Assembly (NCBI RefSeq): GCF_009914755.1
Contig: NC_060937.1
DNA length: 64,000 nt
Direction: 5' to 3' (one strand)
From: the human T2T-CHM13v2.0 reference genome, Homo sapiens
Below are positions 1 through 13,849 of the stretch, piece after piece. The notes below the pieces were generated by a model. That model saw only the letters and a list, made by a program, of their open reading frames with translations. It did no database searches and had not been told where the DNA came from. Both the position numbers and the translations under genes were made by a program. Position 1 is the first letter of the stretch; the number at the start of each line of letters is the position of its first letter.

Positions 1-1589
1 TAATGTAATTTATTTCCTGCGTTAAGTAAACATTCCATAGCACATTTCCAGGTTCAGCTACAATACCTGCACCCGTCTATATTTCTTTATTAAGCCTAAC
101 GACTGGAGTCTTTTTCAAAAAAGCACCCGTCTCCAAATCCTCTCAATTCCAGTGTGGCAAACAGCCTCTCACTTACAACAAATAGCACATGAATGAATCA
201 CCACTTATTGAGCCCTGCCGATTCATAAGCTCCTGTGCTGAGATGATGAGGAATAACAAGAAACATAAAGCATAAGCTCTGCTCTTAAGGAAGTTACATT
301 ACAGCTGACTTCATGATGCTAGTCAGCTCTTGGTGATATAGGAATAGCTTCAACACCTTGTTATTAATGTCCTGCAGAATGGTTTCTAAGAGTTACTGCA
401 AGCTGCCTCTAGGGAAAAGACTGAGTCTCCCTTATCCTCTTTTGTTCTGCCTCTAAAATGAGGGAGTGCATAGGAATCTCTGGTCTGGCCAAGGTGGATA
501 TTTCCTGGTAGTTAAGGCATGGAGTATTGACGTGATTCTATACTTGTCTGCGGCAATGCCTGCACCCTTTCTAGCTACATGGCTATGGCAAAGAGGCATC
601 AGGCTCGCTTCCCCAAGGGTAACAGAAAGGAATCTGTCTTCCACTCAATTACTGACTGCTTAGAGCACTTAAAATGAGCAAAACACCCAATCTCTTTCCT
701 TGTTTCTGCTGCACTATTGCCGCTCTTCTCTGCCGGCCCACGGATCAGAACTGTACCTGGTTCTACAGGAGAGAAGAGAGGCAGGATAACCAATGGCTTC
801 AACACCCTTACAGTTAGTGTAGACACTCAGGTCAGCTCCTTCCCCGCGGCAGATTCCTCAGACTTAGGAAATAAACAGTGAGGGTGACTAAGAAATGTTG
901 CTTTCAGGTCTCCCTCTGAGTCCTCTGCACCTATGTAGTTTTCAAAAATATTTTTATTTAGAGAGCTCATCTTTTCTTTTTAAAACATTTTAATTTAAAG
1001 AATTTCAAATACACAAAATTAGGCAGAATAAACTATTTTCATTTTTTTGGTTCCATGATTCTGTTTTTATTCTGTTATTGACATTATTTTTTGTGTTCCA
1101 TTATTTCACATAATAAACTCTAATCAGAATTTGAAACATTCTTCCAGATATCCTTAAATAAAAATTCAAATTAAAAAAAGAGTTCTAATTTCAGATCTAC
1201 CTACCCTATGTCTACTTGGAGAATTATGAATTAACATAGATGTTGAAATCTCTACTAGATACTTCATGAGAATTGCAGCAACATAAACGAAAGTAATAGG
1301 GCCTTTTTCTCCTGTTTTTCTTCAAAAGAACACTGACTCAGTACCCACCAAAGGCAGGCAGGCTCCTGTGAAGATGGGTGGTTAATTCCATCTTCCAGGT
1401 GAGTAGGATTAAAGGAGAGAGACTAAGCATGACCCACACAGCTGGTACCAGGCTGAATACCATCTGAACTCAGGTCTTTCTCACTTTGAAGTCTGTGAAT
1501 TTACACTTCCATACACAGGAAGCTTCACTGCAGTAAGACTCATAAATGCATAAACAGAAAGGCTCTGTCTCACCCCTTGCTCCTCACCA

Positions 1590-1770
1590 GGATCATAGAA
1601 TGGCAGACTTCACCTGGGAGAGAAGCCCTCATCTCCAGCACCCCCACTGTATGGATGAGGGCATAGAGGCCTGGAGATAGAAAATAACTTCCCAATGTCA
1701 TTCCAGCTGGTGAACTGCAGGGCCAGGAATAAAATCACATAGTATATCTCTGGGGCAGTATCCTCTATAT
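1590..1770 (-). mobile_element. MIR SINE fragment
   Basis: Diverged reverse-complement MIR core (cccccactgtatggatgagggcatagaggcctggagatag...aacttcccaatgtca). Boundaries approximate. Confidence 0.55.
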
Positions 1771-2940
1771 ACTACCTTATCTCTGGGTGTGATAGTTCTA
1801 ATACTCTTCTTGTTTCAGTCCTTTGCTTAGTAACATGTTAGAACATCCAAAGGCTAACAGCATTTGGGAAGCTCTTGTAACAGCAGGACGCACGCACCAA
1901 AGTCACAGACAAAGTCATTCAAGCACTCCTTGCTGTGCCCCTGAAGCGTATCACAAGAGCACATGCCCTTCCTAGAGGCTGCCAGCAGCATGTGCTGTGT
2001 TACCGACAAGCAAGAAAACCGAAGTCACATTTCAGGTGACTGCAATAATTATCTACCTAGCTTTCACTTAACTAAAAATGCAAGAGTCAGAGAACTCCAA
2101 ACAGAAGGCACACAGAGGTGGTGCCCATATGCTACCACACCTATCCGGTTCACATGGCTACGAGATGAGGACTCCTGTCACCAATGAGAATGCGTATTTC
2201 CAATATTTACAATTTTGATTTTTATGTTCACAATAACCCTATGACATAGAGCAGGTTGACAATTATCTATTGACTGGTTTTATATTTTTCACCATGCTAA
2301 TTATAATGCCCAGACAAGCTGAATAAATAATGTATTCACCATGTGCCAGAAACTATAAGAGATACAAACCAGAAATATAAGAAATAGTCCTTGTCCTCTA
2401 GGAGTTTACACTCTGATTGAAGACACATGACCACATACACACAGCATAAATCTCATTAAGAGAATGAGGCAAGGCAGCCAGAACTTTTCACAGAAGAGAT
2501 GCAGGCCTGTTCCCAGTCTGTCTTTAACCTCTGAAATGTGCTCCTCAGGTCCTGAATTCCTTGGAGGGGTGGGGAGACATGCAGAGCCCACCTGACAGCA
2601 GAAGACCTAAAGGACTCTTTCTAACACGCAGCAGAGAACAACTACATGCCTTTCTGGTGCACTGAAACACAAGGGCATGTAGAGTAGCATATCTTTAAAA
2701 TGCTGTGTGCAGCCTGAGATAAATACCAACTTTTCTTCACCAAAAGATTGAGATTAGTATCTATTTCTTAAAGACAGAGTACCAAAACTAGGTTTTTCAG
2801 AGTGATTATACATTCCAACCAATGTACCACCTTCAGGCTTTCTTCAAGCTTTCTCATTCATTGTTGTGACACAGACAAGTTTCTATCGCTTTTTGTTCAC
2901 TGTTAACTAACATGTCTCATCTTTTTCAAAAGTCCATAAT

Positions 2941-3081
2941 CAGCTGGGCATGGTGGCACATGTCTATAACCCCAGCTACTTGAGAGGCTTATGCAGGAGG
3001 ATCACTTGAACCCAAGACTTTGAGTCCAACCCGGGCAACATAGCAAGCAAAACTCTATGTCGTAAAAAATAGATAAATAAA
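2941..3081 (+). mobile_element. FLAM_A-like free Alu monomer
   Basis: gctgggcatggtggcacatgtctataaccccagctac...ccgggcaacatagcaag plus an A-rich tail; degenerate TSD gtccataat / gcccataat. Confidence 0.85.
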
Positions 3082-5647
3082 TGCCCATAATTATACATGT
3101 GAGTGTAATTATTTATTGAAATTTCACTAATGTGTTTTTCTTACAAAGAATTAAACTTCAACCAGCCTTTAAGTCATAAATGAGGAAGTCATGAAATATT
3201 CCAAATTCTGGCTCTCCTTATCTAAAAATAGTTCTAAGATTCTGAACATTATATGGTATATAACACCCAACGCATCTTCTCAATGAAAAACCCAGCAAAG
3301 TGGCCAAAAATGAAAGTCACCAAAATTCTAGACTTTGTTTCAAACAAGAGTTGATTTAAAGCATTACAAAATTGTTAAAATTATTGTATTCTAATAGAGT
3401 TAAATCATTATACATTTCATTAAACACTACAGGCTGATTCTCTTGAAGCTTTGCTACAAAAGAGAATGAAATTGTATCTGTCATATATTTAAGAGGTACA
3501 CATAAACCCAAAGGAAAAAAAAAAGTTCTATTTCCCTCCAACATGCAGAATCTAAATAAGAGTTAAAATACCAACATCAGCTCCACTCACAAGGAGGAAA
3601 ATCGATTTTCATGAACAGGCATTAGGCAATACTTATGAACCCACAACTTTTCATGTCCCTCTCTAAGGACAAAAAAAATGCTTTCTATAAATAATGTGAC
3701 ATGGAGTTCTTATTCACACTGCAAAACTGCTGGGAATAGTGGCTTTTGTTTTTTGTGCACCTAAATATTTCAGGTAGACCTTACCTTGAAACCAAAAAAT
3801 AAAGGGGAAAGAACTATATGGATATTGTTAAAGATTACCAAGACTGGTGACAGCAACCCACGATCCTGGCTTTGACCATTGGTCTGGGGCTAAGTTTCTG
3901 ACTGGTTTGCTATAGTTTTTGCCTTCCTCCAACATGCACAGTTTGAACAGATTGTTATTTCAAGTTGAAGAAATTATTGTGAAATGCAGACTGCTTTTTC
4001 ACTTTTTTTTCCCATGAGCAGTGGGAAAAGGCTATCCTTTCTGAATGAGACGCCAGGCTCTATATGAGCTGAGCAGAAGTTTATTTTACTAAACTCATGA
4101 TAATGCAACTAGATTAAGAAATGAATTAAGAAAACAGAACTCTAAAGAACTAAGACAAATCCTCCCCATGGTTAGGTTAATCAATAAAGGTTGAAACTAT
4201 CTATAAGGTTTGGAAGGTATATACAATTTAACTTAGTGAATCCAGCTAGAAAATCCAGTTGAACACATGACTTTTTCTGAAAGGTTTTCTATACTGAACC
4301 AATGTTAGTAATTGCCACGGTCTTCTCCTTCATGATCCTCTACTGCCTGTGTCTTGGGCTGAATCTGTTATGAATTGGTCATTATATCATGTATAGGACT
4401 GTGGAGTCATGTTATTGGTTGACATACTCCACAAAGTTCATTTCAAAGCTACAAAACTCAACCCAGAACATAGAGGTGAAATGACATCCTCTACCACGAT
4501 GAGGCTCTGTTCAAACACAGGCTTACACTGAAAAACAGAAATTATATTGAGATGCCACACAGCCTGCTATGTGATGCTCAGGTATGCAGAAGTTATTGAA
4601 GAGACCCTCTAAATACTACCATCTGGATCCATAACCTTGAATGTTCTCATTATGAAATCCTTTTGGGACATTAATATCCTAACCCTTTGAGTGGGATCCC
4701 GGATGTACTCATCCACATTGATTTTTATACTCTAACAGTGAGATTTTATTCACATTTAAAATTTCTTTTGAATGTTCAAGTACAAAACATTGCTAATTTT
4801 TAGTTATGATTTTTTAATAAGAGAGACACTGATAAGGTAAAGATTATATACGTATTTATGTCCTTCTATCAGTCACCTGTGCTGCCTCAGTGGTGGTGGT
4901 TTAATAAAATAAGTAGCCAACAGGCACTCAGCCACATGAGCAGCACTTTATCTCTTAAAGTTGCCAATGCTGCAACCAATTATCCTGCACTTATGCTCTT
5001 AACTAAACCAGTGAAGCCATAAATGTTCATTATAAAATCTATGTCATTAAAAAAATATGCACTCATAGTCCTTGTATTTTCAGTACCCATAAATGAATTC
5101 ATTGGTTTGGCTATGTACTGTTAAATAATCTTTCTTTCGCTTTTAGAAATTTTTCAAATTCAGTGACCTCATCAACTATCCCCTAGTACTCCTACAGTAA
5201 GAAAGGGCAAGTACAAATGTCAAAAGAGAAACCCATCCAACAAACAGTAACATTCTCATAGCGGTACTTTGTCATTTCCTGATTAGAATCAACCAAACTA
5301 TGATGACACTGAGGTTATAGTCCCACCTTATTTTTTAATACTTCCTCTTTGCTTTGGATTTTTATTAGCTTTTCAAATCATTTACCAATTTAGATATAGC
5401 CATATGGTTCTAATAATGTCACTATGCCTTCCAAATTTTAGGATACTATCCCTTCCAAGGAAATAATAGTTGAAGTTGCAAATGGGTACAGATCAACCAC
5501 AATCTCAGATTTTTGTTTGTTTTAACCTGAGAGAGAAAAGCTTAAGCAAGGGAAACCGTAGAAGTGCTCTGCAAACCTCAGGATGCTCTGCAGAAGAATG
5601 CCACTCTCATCAAAAGGAGTGGGGCATTGCTGGAAACTTGTGCTTAC

Positions 5648-5737
5648 CCCTTGTTCAGATTCCAAAAGCTCTGTTTTGACTCTGACTGCCGGCATCCCAT
5701 CAAGCATTAACATTCTGTTCTCAAAGGTGTTGATATT
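5648..5737 (-). CDS. KLF12: KLF12 exon 3, residues 12-41 NINTFENRMLMLDGMPAVRVKTELLESEQG
   Basis: Acceptor ttctctctcccttctattctcag|AAT, donor GGG|GTAAGC; 90 nt, phase 0-0. The ORF track entry 5522..5713 shows MLMLDGMPAVRVKTELLESEQG, the recognised KLF12 sequence. Confidence 0.97.
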
Positions 5738-6808
5738 CTGAGAATAGAAGGGAGAGAGAAAGATTCAGCTCTAAAGCATTCAAAAGAGGACCTCTGGGAG
5801 AGTCTTCCCTCATTGTAGTACATTTAGTATTGCTAACCTAATTTTTTAAACAATAAAGAATAATTAAATGAAAATATCAGCATAACCAATTATCCCCCTA
5901 CTCTGAACTTTCATTTGAAATAATGACCAAGCAGTTGAATTAAGCAGTCTGATTCTCTGACCTCTGGGTTGGAGGTCAGACTGTAATAAACTGGAGTATG
6001 GAAACCTTACGTTAATTTATATGGGGCTGCAACAATTCATCACACTTTCACAATAGTGGAAGGAAACAGAAGGCAAGTTTTTCTCTTCCCTTAGTTCTGG
6101 AAATTGCATTGTGCAAAGATATCCATAAAGGAGAAAATCACATAAAAATTTATAAACTCTCATATTAGTCAAAGCCTAAATCATTTAAAATCAATATAAT
6201 TCCATACATTTAATTTTTATGTCATGGCAATTCTGGTCAAATGAAAATTTCTACCTATCAACCTCCAAATATCTACTTTAAAAACAACCAACATAAATCT
6301 TAGATTAAGAGTGAATTTTTAGGCTAAACTAAATAACAAACAATTATTTGGTCTTTATTCTGGTATATGTTTTGCTCAATTTACCACCTCTTGAAAAGAA
6401 AATCTTATCTATATTGTAGCTCAATAACATTTCAAAACACCATTTATAAAAGATTAAATCAAGGTTATTTTCTACGTAATTGTCACCGCCTTGGGGATTT
6501 TCTACAGTCAGCAACCCAGGAAGGGAGTCAGAATCACACTTCAGTGCTCGCCTAAGGCCCAAATCAGGCTCATATTTTTAAACATGTTTAGAATGCTAAT
6601 TTCTCTGTTACATATTGACTCAACTACAAATCTGACAGAACTAAATTTGATTGAGATTTTAGAATGGTTATTTTTACTTAATTACAGAATGTAACCACAG
6701 GACACTAAAGTAGTCTTATTAAGAGAAAAAAAAATCAGTTTCTAAATATTTTGCCTACCTGGTGAAAAAGATAAGTATAATTTCTAAATCTTCAGGTGTT
6801 CACCTTTA

Positions 6809-7156
<348 letters not shown>

Positions 7157-9037
7157 CGACTCTCCTTTCAACAAATCATAAATTACATGTTCTTATTACC
7201 AAATAATACCAACAGAGTGCAGTATAGTGAAACTATTTCTCATATTTCTTGACTCTTCTTTTTGTTAAGAAAAATGTTCCAAGAAATAAAACATACAGAG
7301 CCTCCAAGGAATCAACAAAAAAAAAAGCAAATTTACTCTGGAGTTAATGAGCATTTAAAAAGTCTACACCACCTAGTCTATAAGGTGATAAAAAGAAGAA
7401 AACAAATTACTGTCAATATTATTTCCCCATAAATGTTCAATATTTTCAAAACTGGCAGGATACTTTTTAAAAATGTTTGCTTTTGACTTGTCCCTTTTTT
7501 CAGAATTTTATATCTTAATAGATAATTTAGAGCAGAAGGAACTGTGGTATATTACTGGTGAGCTTGGGTGAGTTGTTCTAAACTTGAAACCCTTTCATGG
7601 AGGCCTGTGGGTTGTTTTCACATGGGGCAGGGATCTCAAATCCTAATGTGTCACTGGCTTCCGAGGTTGGCAGCAGCCAGCTTGGCTTACCACCATCCAG
7701 TCTCAGGAAAGCCTTCCTGCAGCCGGCCAGCCCTCGACTCTCCGGAGTCTGGCAGCAGCTCTAGGAATCCACCTTAACAAAGCACCCTGTAGGCTGTTTG
7801 GCTGGTAGACAATGAAGGATGAGCTGATATTGCTTCCTACCCTGGAGGAGTTCTTGCCCAGATGAGAAGGCAAGAAGATGCCTTATAAGGAAGGCCCAAG
7901 CAAAAGAGGAGAAAAGACAAAGAGCGATTCTGGAAAAGCAGATTTAATGAACTGTTAGAATCTGATTAGAGGCTAATGTCCCTTTTAGTGCTTTGTACCA
8001 ATTTACAGCTGATATACTTTAACCATTTTCCCCACTGGCTGTGATAAACTCATTAGTTTAAAAAATGGAAGCTAACCAGAGTCTTTGAAGTTAAAAACTG
8101 ATAAATCATAAAAACCTGACTGGGTCTGTGTTCCACTTAACACATTTAAGTATCACTATATATTCATGATGGTTTTTCTTTAAATTTATATTGTTCTTGA
8201 ATAATTCTACATACAATAAAGTCAAGATGTACGGTTTAGTTTCACGTACAAGTGAAAAAAATAAAACATTCTCGATTTTTTTAAGAAATCAAGATTTCCT
8301 GGAAATCTTTCTATGATTTTCTAGAATCATTCACAGCCACAACTATAATAAACACCATAAATAACAATGTTCACAGCTGGGGAACTAAGCTTCAACTGTT
8401 AAACTCTTTCAACTAGTGCAGATTCAATCTGTATATATGCCTGTTGCAAACACATGTGAAGCATATTCAACTCTGCATTCACGGATCTAACCTCAATCCT
8501 CATAAACAAAAGCATTCAGTATCACAGCATGCTCCAAACTATCTAGGAAGGTGTGTGATTTTTATACAACACATGGTAATTACACAGCATTGACAATACA
8601 GTCCTTGAAGCAAAATATTGATAGATGTATCTCACTGAACTAAGATCAGATACATATAATCTCAGATGAATGTAGACTTTAAATATGTACTAGATTCTAA
8701 TAATCTGGAACTGCTGTCAAACATATCTTGCCATGATCTTAATCAAAACACATTTGCTGTGGAATCAATAGCTCAACTGATTCCTAAGAGATGAATAAAA
8801 TTACAGTTATCAATTTTAGTAATGTAGTATTCTTTGTATATTTATAACAAACATTTTGATGTTACACAACCCTCAAGAAATACTTTATGTATGCTTATAC
8901 ACTTGTTTCATGAGTGAATTGTTTGAATTAATGAAAAATCATCCATAGAATTTGTTAGTTGGCTGTTGACCAATTCCATGTGCACGGGATGAGAAGGATA
9001 ATCTTGATATCCCATTTACCAAATATGAATTGGCAAT

Positions 9038-9338
9038 GGCCGGGCGTGGTGGCTCACTCTTGTAATCACAACACTTTGGGAGGCTGAGGTGGGCAGGTAA
9101 CTTGAGCTCAGGAGTTTGAGACCAGCCTGGCCAACATAGTCAAACTCTGTCTCTACAAAAAATACAAAAATTAGCCAGGCATTGTGGTGGGCGCCTGTAG
9201 TATCAGCTACTGAGGAGGCTGAGGCAGAAGAATCGCTTGAACCCGGGAGGCAGAGGTTGCTGTGAGCCAAGATGGTGCCACTGCACTCCAGCCTGAGCGA
9301 CAGAGGGAGACGGTCTCAAAAAAAAAAAAAAAAAAAAA
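9038..9338 (+). mobile_element. Full-length AluS
   Basis: Dimeric Alu with a pure poly(A) tail; TSD gaattggcaa / gagttggcaa. Confidence 0.97.
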
Positions 9339-9835
9339 GAGTTGGCAACACAGTAGTCGAGCTGACATTCGCTCTCCCTGTCAAAAACCATATAACCACA
9401 ACAGTCGTTGATCCCAACATCTCAAAATATTCTGAATGTAATGTGCAGCAAGGAAACGGACTGATCTTCAATGACCAGAACTCATAAAAACATACAATGG
9501 GGTGACTTTCCAGGTCAACTCCTACAATGTGCCCTCCTAACCTCCCAAGGCAGGTCATTTCCTTTCTCTCCTCCTGACCTTGACTCATTTTGCACAAATG
9601 GAGTAATAAGGAGCTAGCTAGGCAATACTCAACAGTTCTAAGCTTTTAAACAAGGGTTCCTGTCATAAGTCAAAAATAACTGCTGCTATTTGTTTTGCTC
9701 TTTGTAAATACAGGAAATATGATATTTTATTGAAATACACATCCACTTTAAATCTTCACGTTCAGCTACAGGTGATGAGAAATAAGAATATGTCGCCCCT
9801 GCCCCACATCTACATTATGCTAGACAGTGATGTAA

Positions 9836-10185
<350 letters not shown>

Positions 10186-10609
10186 CATAGCAGATTCTTA
10201 AAGGTTTGCAATGCAAGAGTGCCAACTGGTTAAAAGTAACATCCTGTGGGTACCTCTTCCTATAGAAAAAGTATCAGAATCAGATTACAGGGCAATTAGG
10301 GGTTTGCATAAAAAAGATTTCTTAGAGAATTCAACTTCTCTCACTTCTACCCTAACAACAACAAACACCAATAACAGCAATTTTTTTCAAGTCCTATTGC
10401 AGATGTGCCAGTTCCACTAACAGGTTAACAACTAATTGCAAAACCTTTGCTTATATACAAGCACATTAGTGAATTCCTCCCTCTCTCTGGGTAAGGGTTA
10501 GCAAACCTAATAGATTGAAATCATGTTTAGGTAATTATTTCAGTTGTCTACTGCCATGCAACAAATCACACAGTGGCATGAAGCAACAGTCATTTTGTCA
10601 TTATCTTGG

Positions 10610-10855
10610 TAACAAAAATAATACAGATATTTGCATATTTACTGTGAGCCAGATCATGTGCCAAGAGCTGTGCATATAGCTGCTCATCTAATCCTCACTG
10701 CAACCCAAGAGGTTGATGCTGTATTATCTGATGTTGAGGCATCTGAGACATAAGGAGGTTAAATTGCCCAAGCCCACACAATTAGTAAGCAATACAGCTG
10801 TATTGAAAACCAGTGAGTGTGACCCCAAGCCAGCACTCTTAATCACCATACTCTA
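10610..10855 (-). mobile_element. MIR SINE
   Basis: ctcatctaatcctcactgcaaccc...gaggcatctgagacataaggaggttaaattgcccaagcccacacaattagtaag...cactcttaatcaccatact is the reverse complement of the MIR consensus. Confidence 0.8.
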
Positions 10856-13849
10856 TGTACCTACCTGTCCACTCACTTACCTTTCTCTATATCAATATGC
10901 ACTCCTAATACAATAGAAAAAAAATATGAACACCTTATTGAAGGTCCCAACAGAGACATTGTGGAATCTCAGTAACAGCTCCTCCCTGAGCTGGGCTAAT
11001 TTAGCTATGGAACTAAATGTGAAACTTGTGGTCACTGGTGAGTAGCAACGATTTGGAGAATCAGTCTCTGGTTTCAAAGCTATTTCAAAGCTATTAATAT
11101 TTTTTTTCCCTTTAAGTCAAGTTTTCCACATATTTTCTTAACTTGATGAGATTATATGTTTCTATCCTAGGAAGATCTCATAATTAATTTAGCCAGTAAC
11201 TTCATTTGCTACCCAGCTTTTAAAAAATATTCTTGCCTTTGGTGGCTCACTCAGTATTTTCAAAATGGTTTCATGGCCTTCAATGAAACGCTAACTTCAC
11301 CTTCTACATTTTATACTCAGGACAGATGCCTCTCAGCATTACATTTAATTTATAATGGCTAAGTGTAAAAACATCCTTTTCTCTACTCACATATCCTCAT
11401 GCTGATAACTCAGTTTCATAGAGGGCATATAACTAATCAAAGTACCAGAAGTGGGACAAAATAAACATCCCTTCAAACACAGACTTTGCCATTCTAGCCC
11501 AGCCTTTCATCTTACATTCTTTTGCATCTTAGGAGAATGGATATCAATGTCAATAACTGTATTTTATTAACAGAAATAAGAGCCAAAACCATAGGCCTAT
11601 TGGGACTCTCAACTAAAATCCCCCATATGTTTCAATGATCCAAATTACATTCTTCTGAAATATTTGTCTTCGGTTTCAAAAACAGAATCCTTCCATTAAA
11701 ATCCTCACATTGAAGCATATGGAACAGTATCTCTCCTAAAGACTGGTAAAACTGTCTATGTAATGCAGCAATTTTTAATTTCCTGATAGCAATTATCAGT
11801 CTGTTTCCTATGTTGGTAAAGTGCCAAGCTATCACAACAATGTGCAGTTTATACTAATATTTTAAAAAATATTTCCTATTAGTGATAGTTGCTGAACTAG
11901 CCATGAAAAGCAGATGTTCTTATTCAAGTTGCAAATGGATGCTTTTCAAAAGGGCAACCAATCCAATCCAAACTGGGAGCCAAAATTTACTACTGGCATT
12001 TCCAAAGGCCTCAATACATTTTTAAGGATTACAACAGATGCATGCCTACTTTCCTTTGTTCATTGGGCAGAGGATGGTTAAAATGACATCTGAGCTTCCG
12101 AATAACACTTTTCACCCCAGCATTTACACAAATTGTACTAGAAAAGTATTTCTGTCATTCATACTCTGAAAAACTGCACACACTTGGGGGTTGTGAGTTG
12201 GCTAAATCTTTCCTTAAATATGCAGTGAGGGCCTCTACTTGCCCGTCATTCCATTCCATCTGCACCACAGTCATGAACCATGGATAAGAGGAGTGTTCAG
12301 AAAGCAAGAAAACATCATGGCAAGAGAAGTATTAACCTACCACCAACCAATCCCTAGAGAAGGAGGACAAAACTTCAGTTCAGCTGAACAGGTATTAACA
12401 TTATGAGGAGAGATCTGACATGTGGAGGCAGGTATTAGGGTAGAGATGGACTTACAAGTGGGTTTGATGTCAGGTAAAGAAAAGAATTGACTTCAGTCCT
12501 GGAAAAGGAAGCCAGAAACAAGATCCTTTCTGGGAGATGAGGCTAGCAGAAACTAATGCTCAGGACCTACCCACAACAGTCCAGAGCTAGGAAACAGGAG
12601 TAGAGAGAAACCAGAAAGCTGGCTGGGTGCTCCAGTCCATGATGCCAGGCCTCCTTCCCTGGGCACATGCTTGGACACAGAAGCCAGGCACCATGAGCCT
12701 GGGCAGAAGTGCCAATGCAGCAGGCAGGCCTCATAGACGATCAAGAAGTACATTTGCAATACAACCACAATATCCTCACAAGTTTCCCTAATTTTACAAA
12801 TTATGATAACAGTTATAATAACAATAACATTTATTCAACACATGTACCAGGGGTTGTTTCATGTGCTTTACATTCATTGCATCATTCATACATTGATTCA
12901 TTCCCAATATACTTATTGAGGGCCAGTCACTGTTCCAGTTATTTATGATATATCAGTGGGCAAAAAAGAGAAAGTTCTGTGGAGTTTCATTCCAGTCATT
13001 TAATCGCACATCAACTTTTTTTAACTACGGCTATTTTAGATGAGAAAATTATTAAAGTTTGGAGAGATTATATAATCTGTCCAAGATTATGAAAATGACA
13101 ATGAGTCTAAATTCAGGATGACAATCTATTGTTCATTGCTTCCAGAGATAGAGATCCTCAAAGCACAGGGTACTTTGGCACTGCTACAAAGCTGTGTAAG
13201 CCTAGAACTGTGCAAGCAACTCTGGCTAGTGGGTTTCAGGCTCCTGATATATCAAGAGACCAAGTACCACGGCTGAGGTGGAAGCAGCAAGGCAAAGGCA
13301 AACTGATCCCATATACAATGGAGAGGAGAGCTCTAAGCTCATTCTAAAGTTCTTGCCCTGACCTACAGCAGGTGCCTCTAACCACTTCCCCAACCCCATT
13401 GTCCACCATTCTGTTCAGGCTACATCTTGACCATATCAAAAATGCTCCTCCCTCCAGGACTATGTGCATTCTATTCCATCACAGTATTCACCACTACCTG
13501 ACAGACTCTTTATATGCCATTACACTAGAACATAAGTTCCAGGAGGACAGAGAGTTCTCTTTTTGTTCGTAACAGTACTCCTATCCTAGCCTTGAAACTT
13601 ACACCATTAAGTAAATAAATATCTGTTGGACTAATAAAAAAATATAAGATCCAATCATTCTCCAGGATCTAGGAGATAAGCTTGTTGTTGACAGATGGGA
13701 TGAGCATAGGCAAAATCTTAAAGAGATATGAAATTCCCCATATTGGTGAACAATAAAACAGAATTTGGCATGGCTAAAACATAATGTTCATTGGAGAAGT
13801 AACTAGAGAAAAGACCAGAAAAGTTACTTGGAGTCAGGTCATGAAGGGT

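Noticed and set aside
5522-5647. Continuation of ORF 5522..5713 past residue G41 (VSTSFQQCPTPF...)
   Set aside because: Read-through past the GGG|GTAAGC donor into intron 3; KLF12 continues in exon 4, outside the window.
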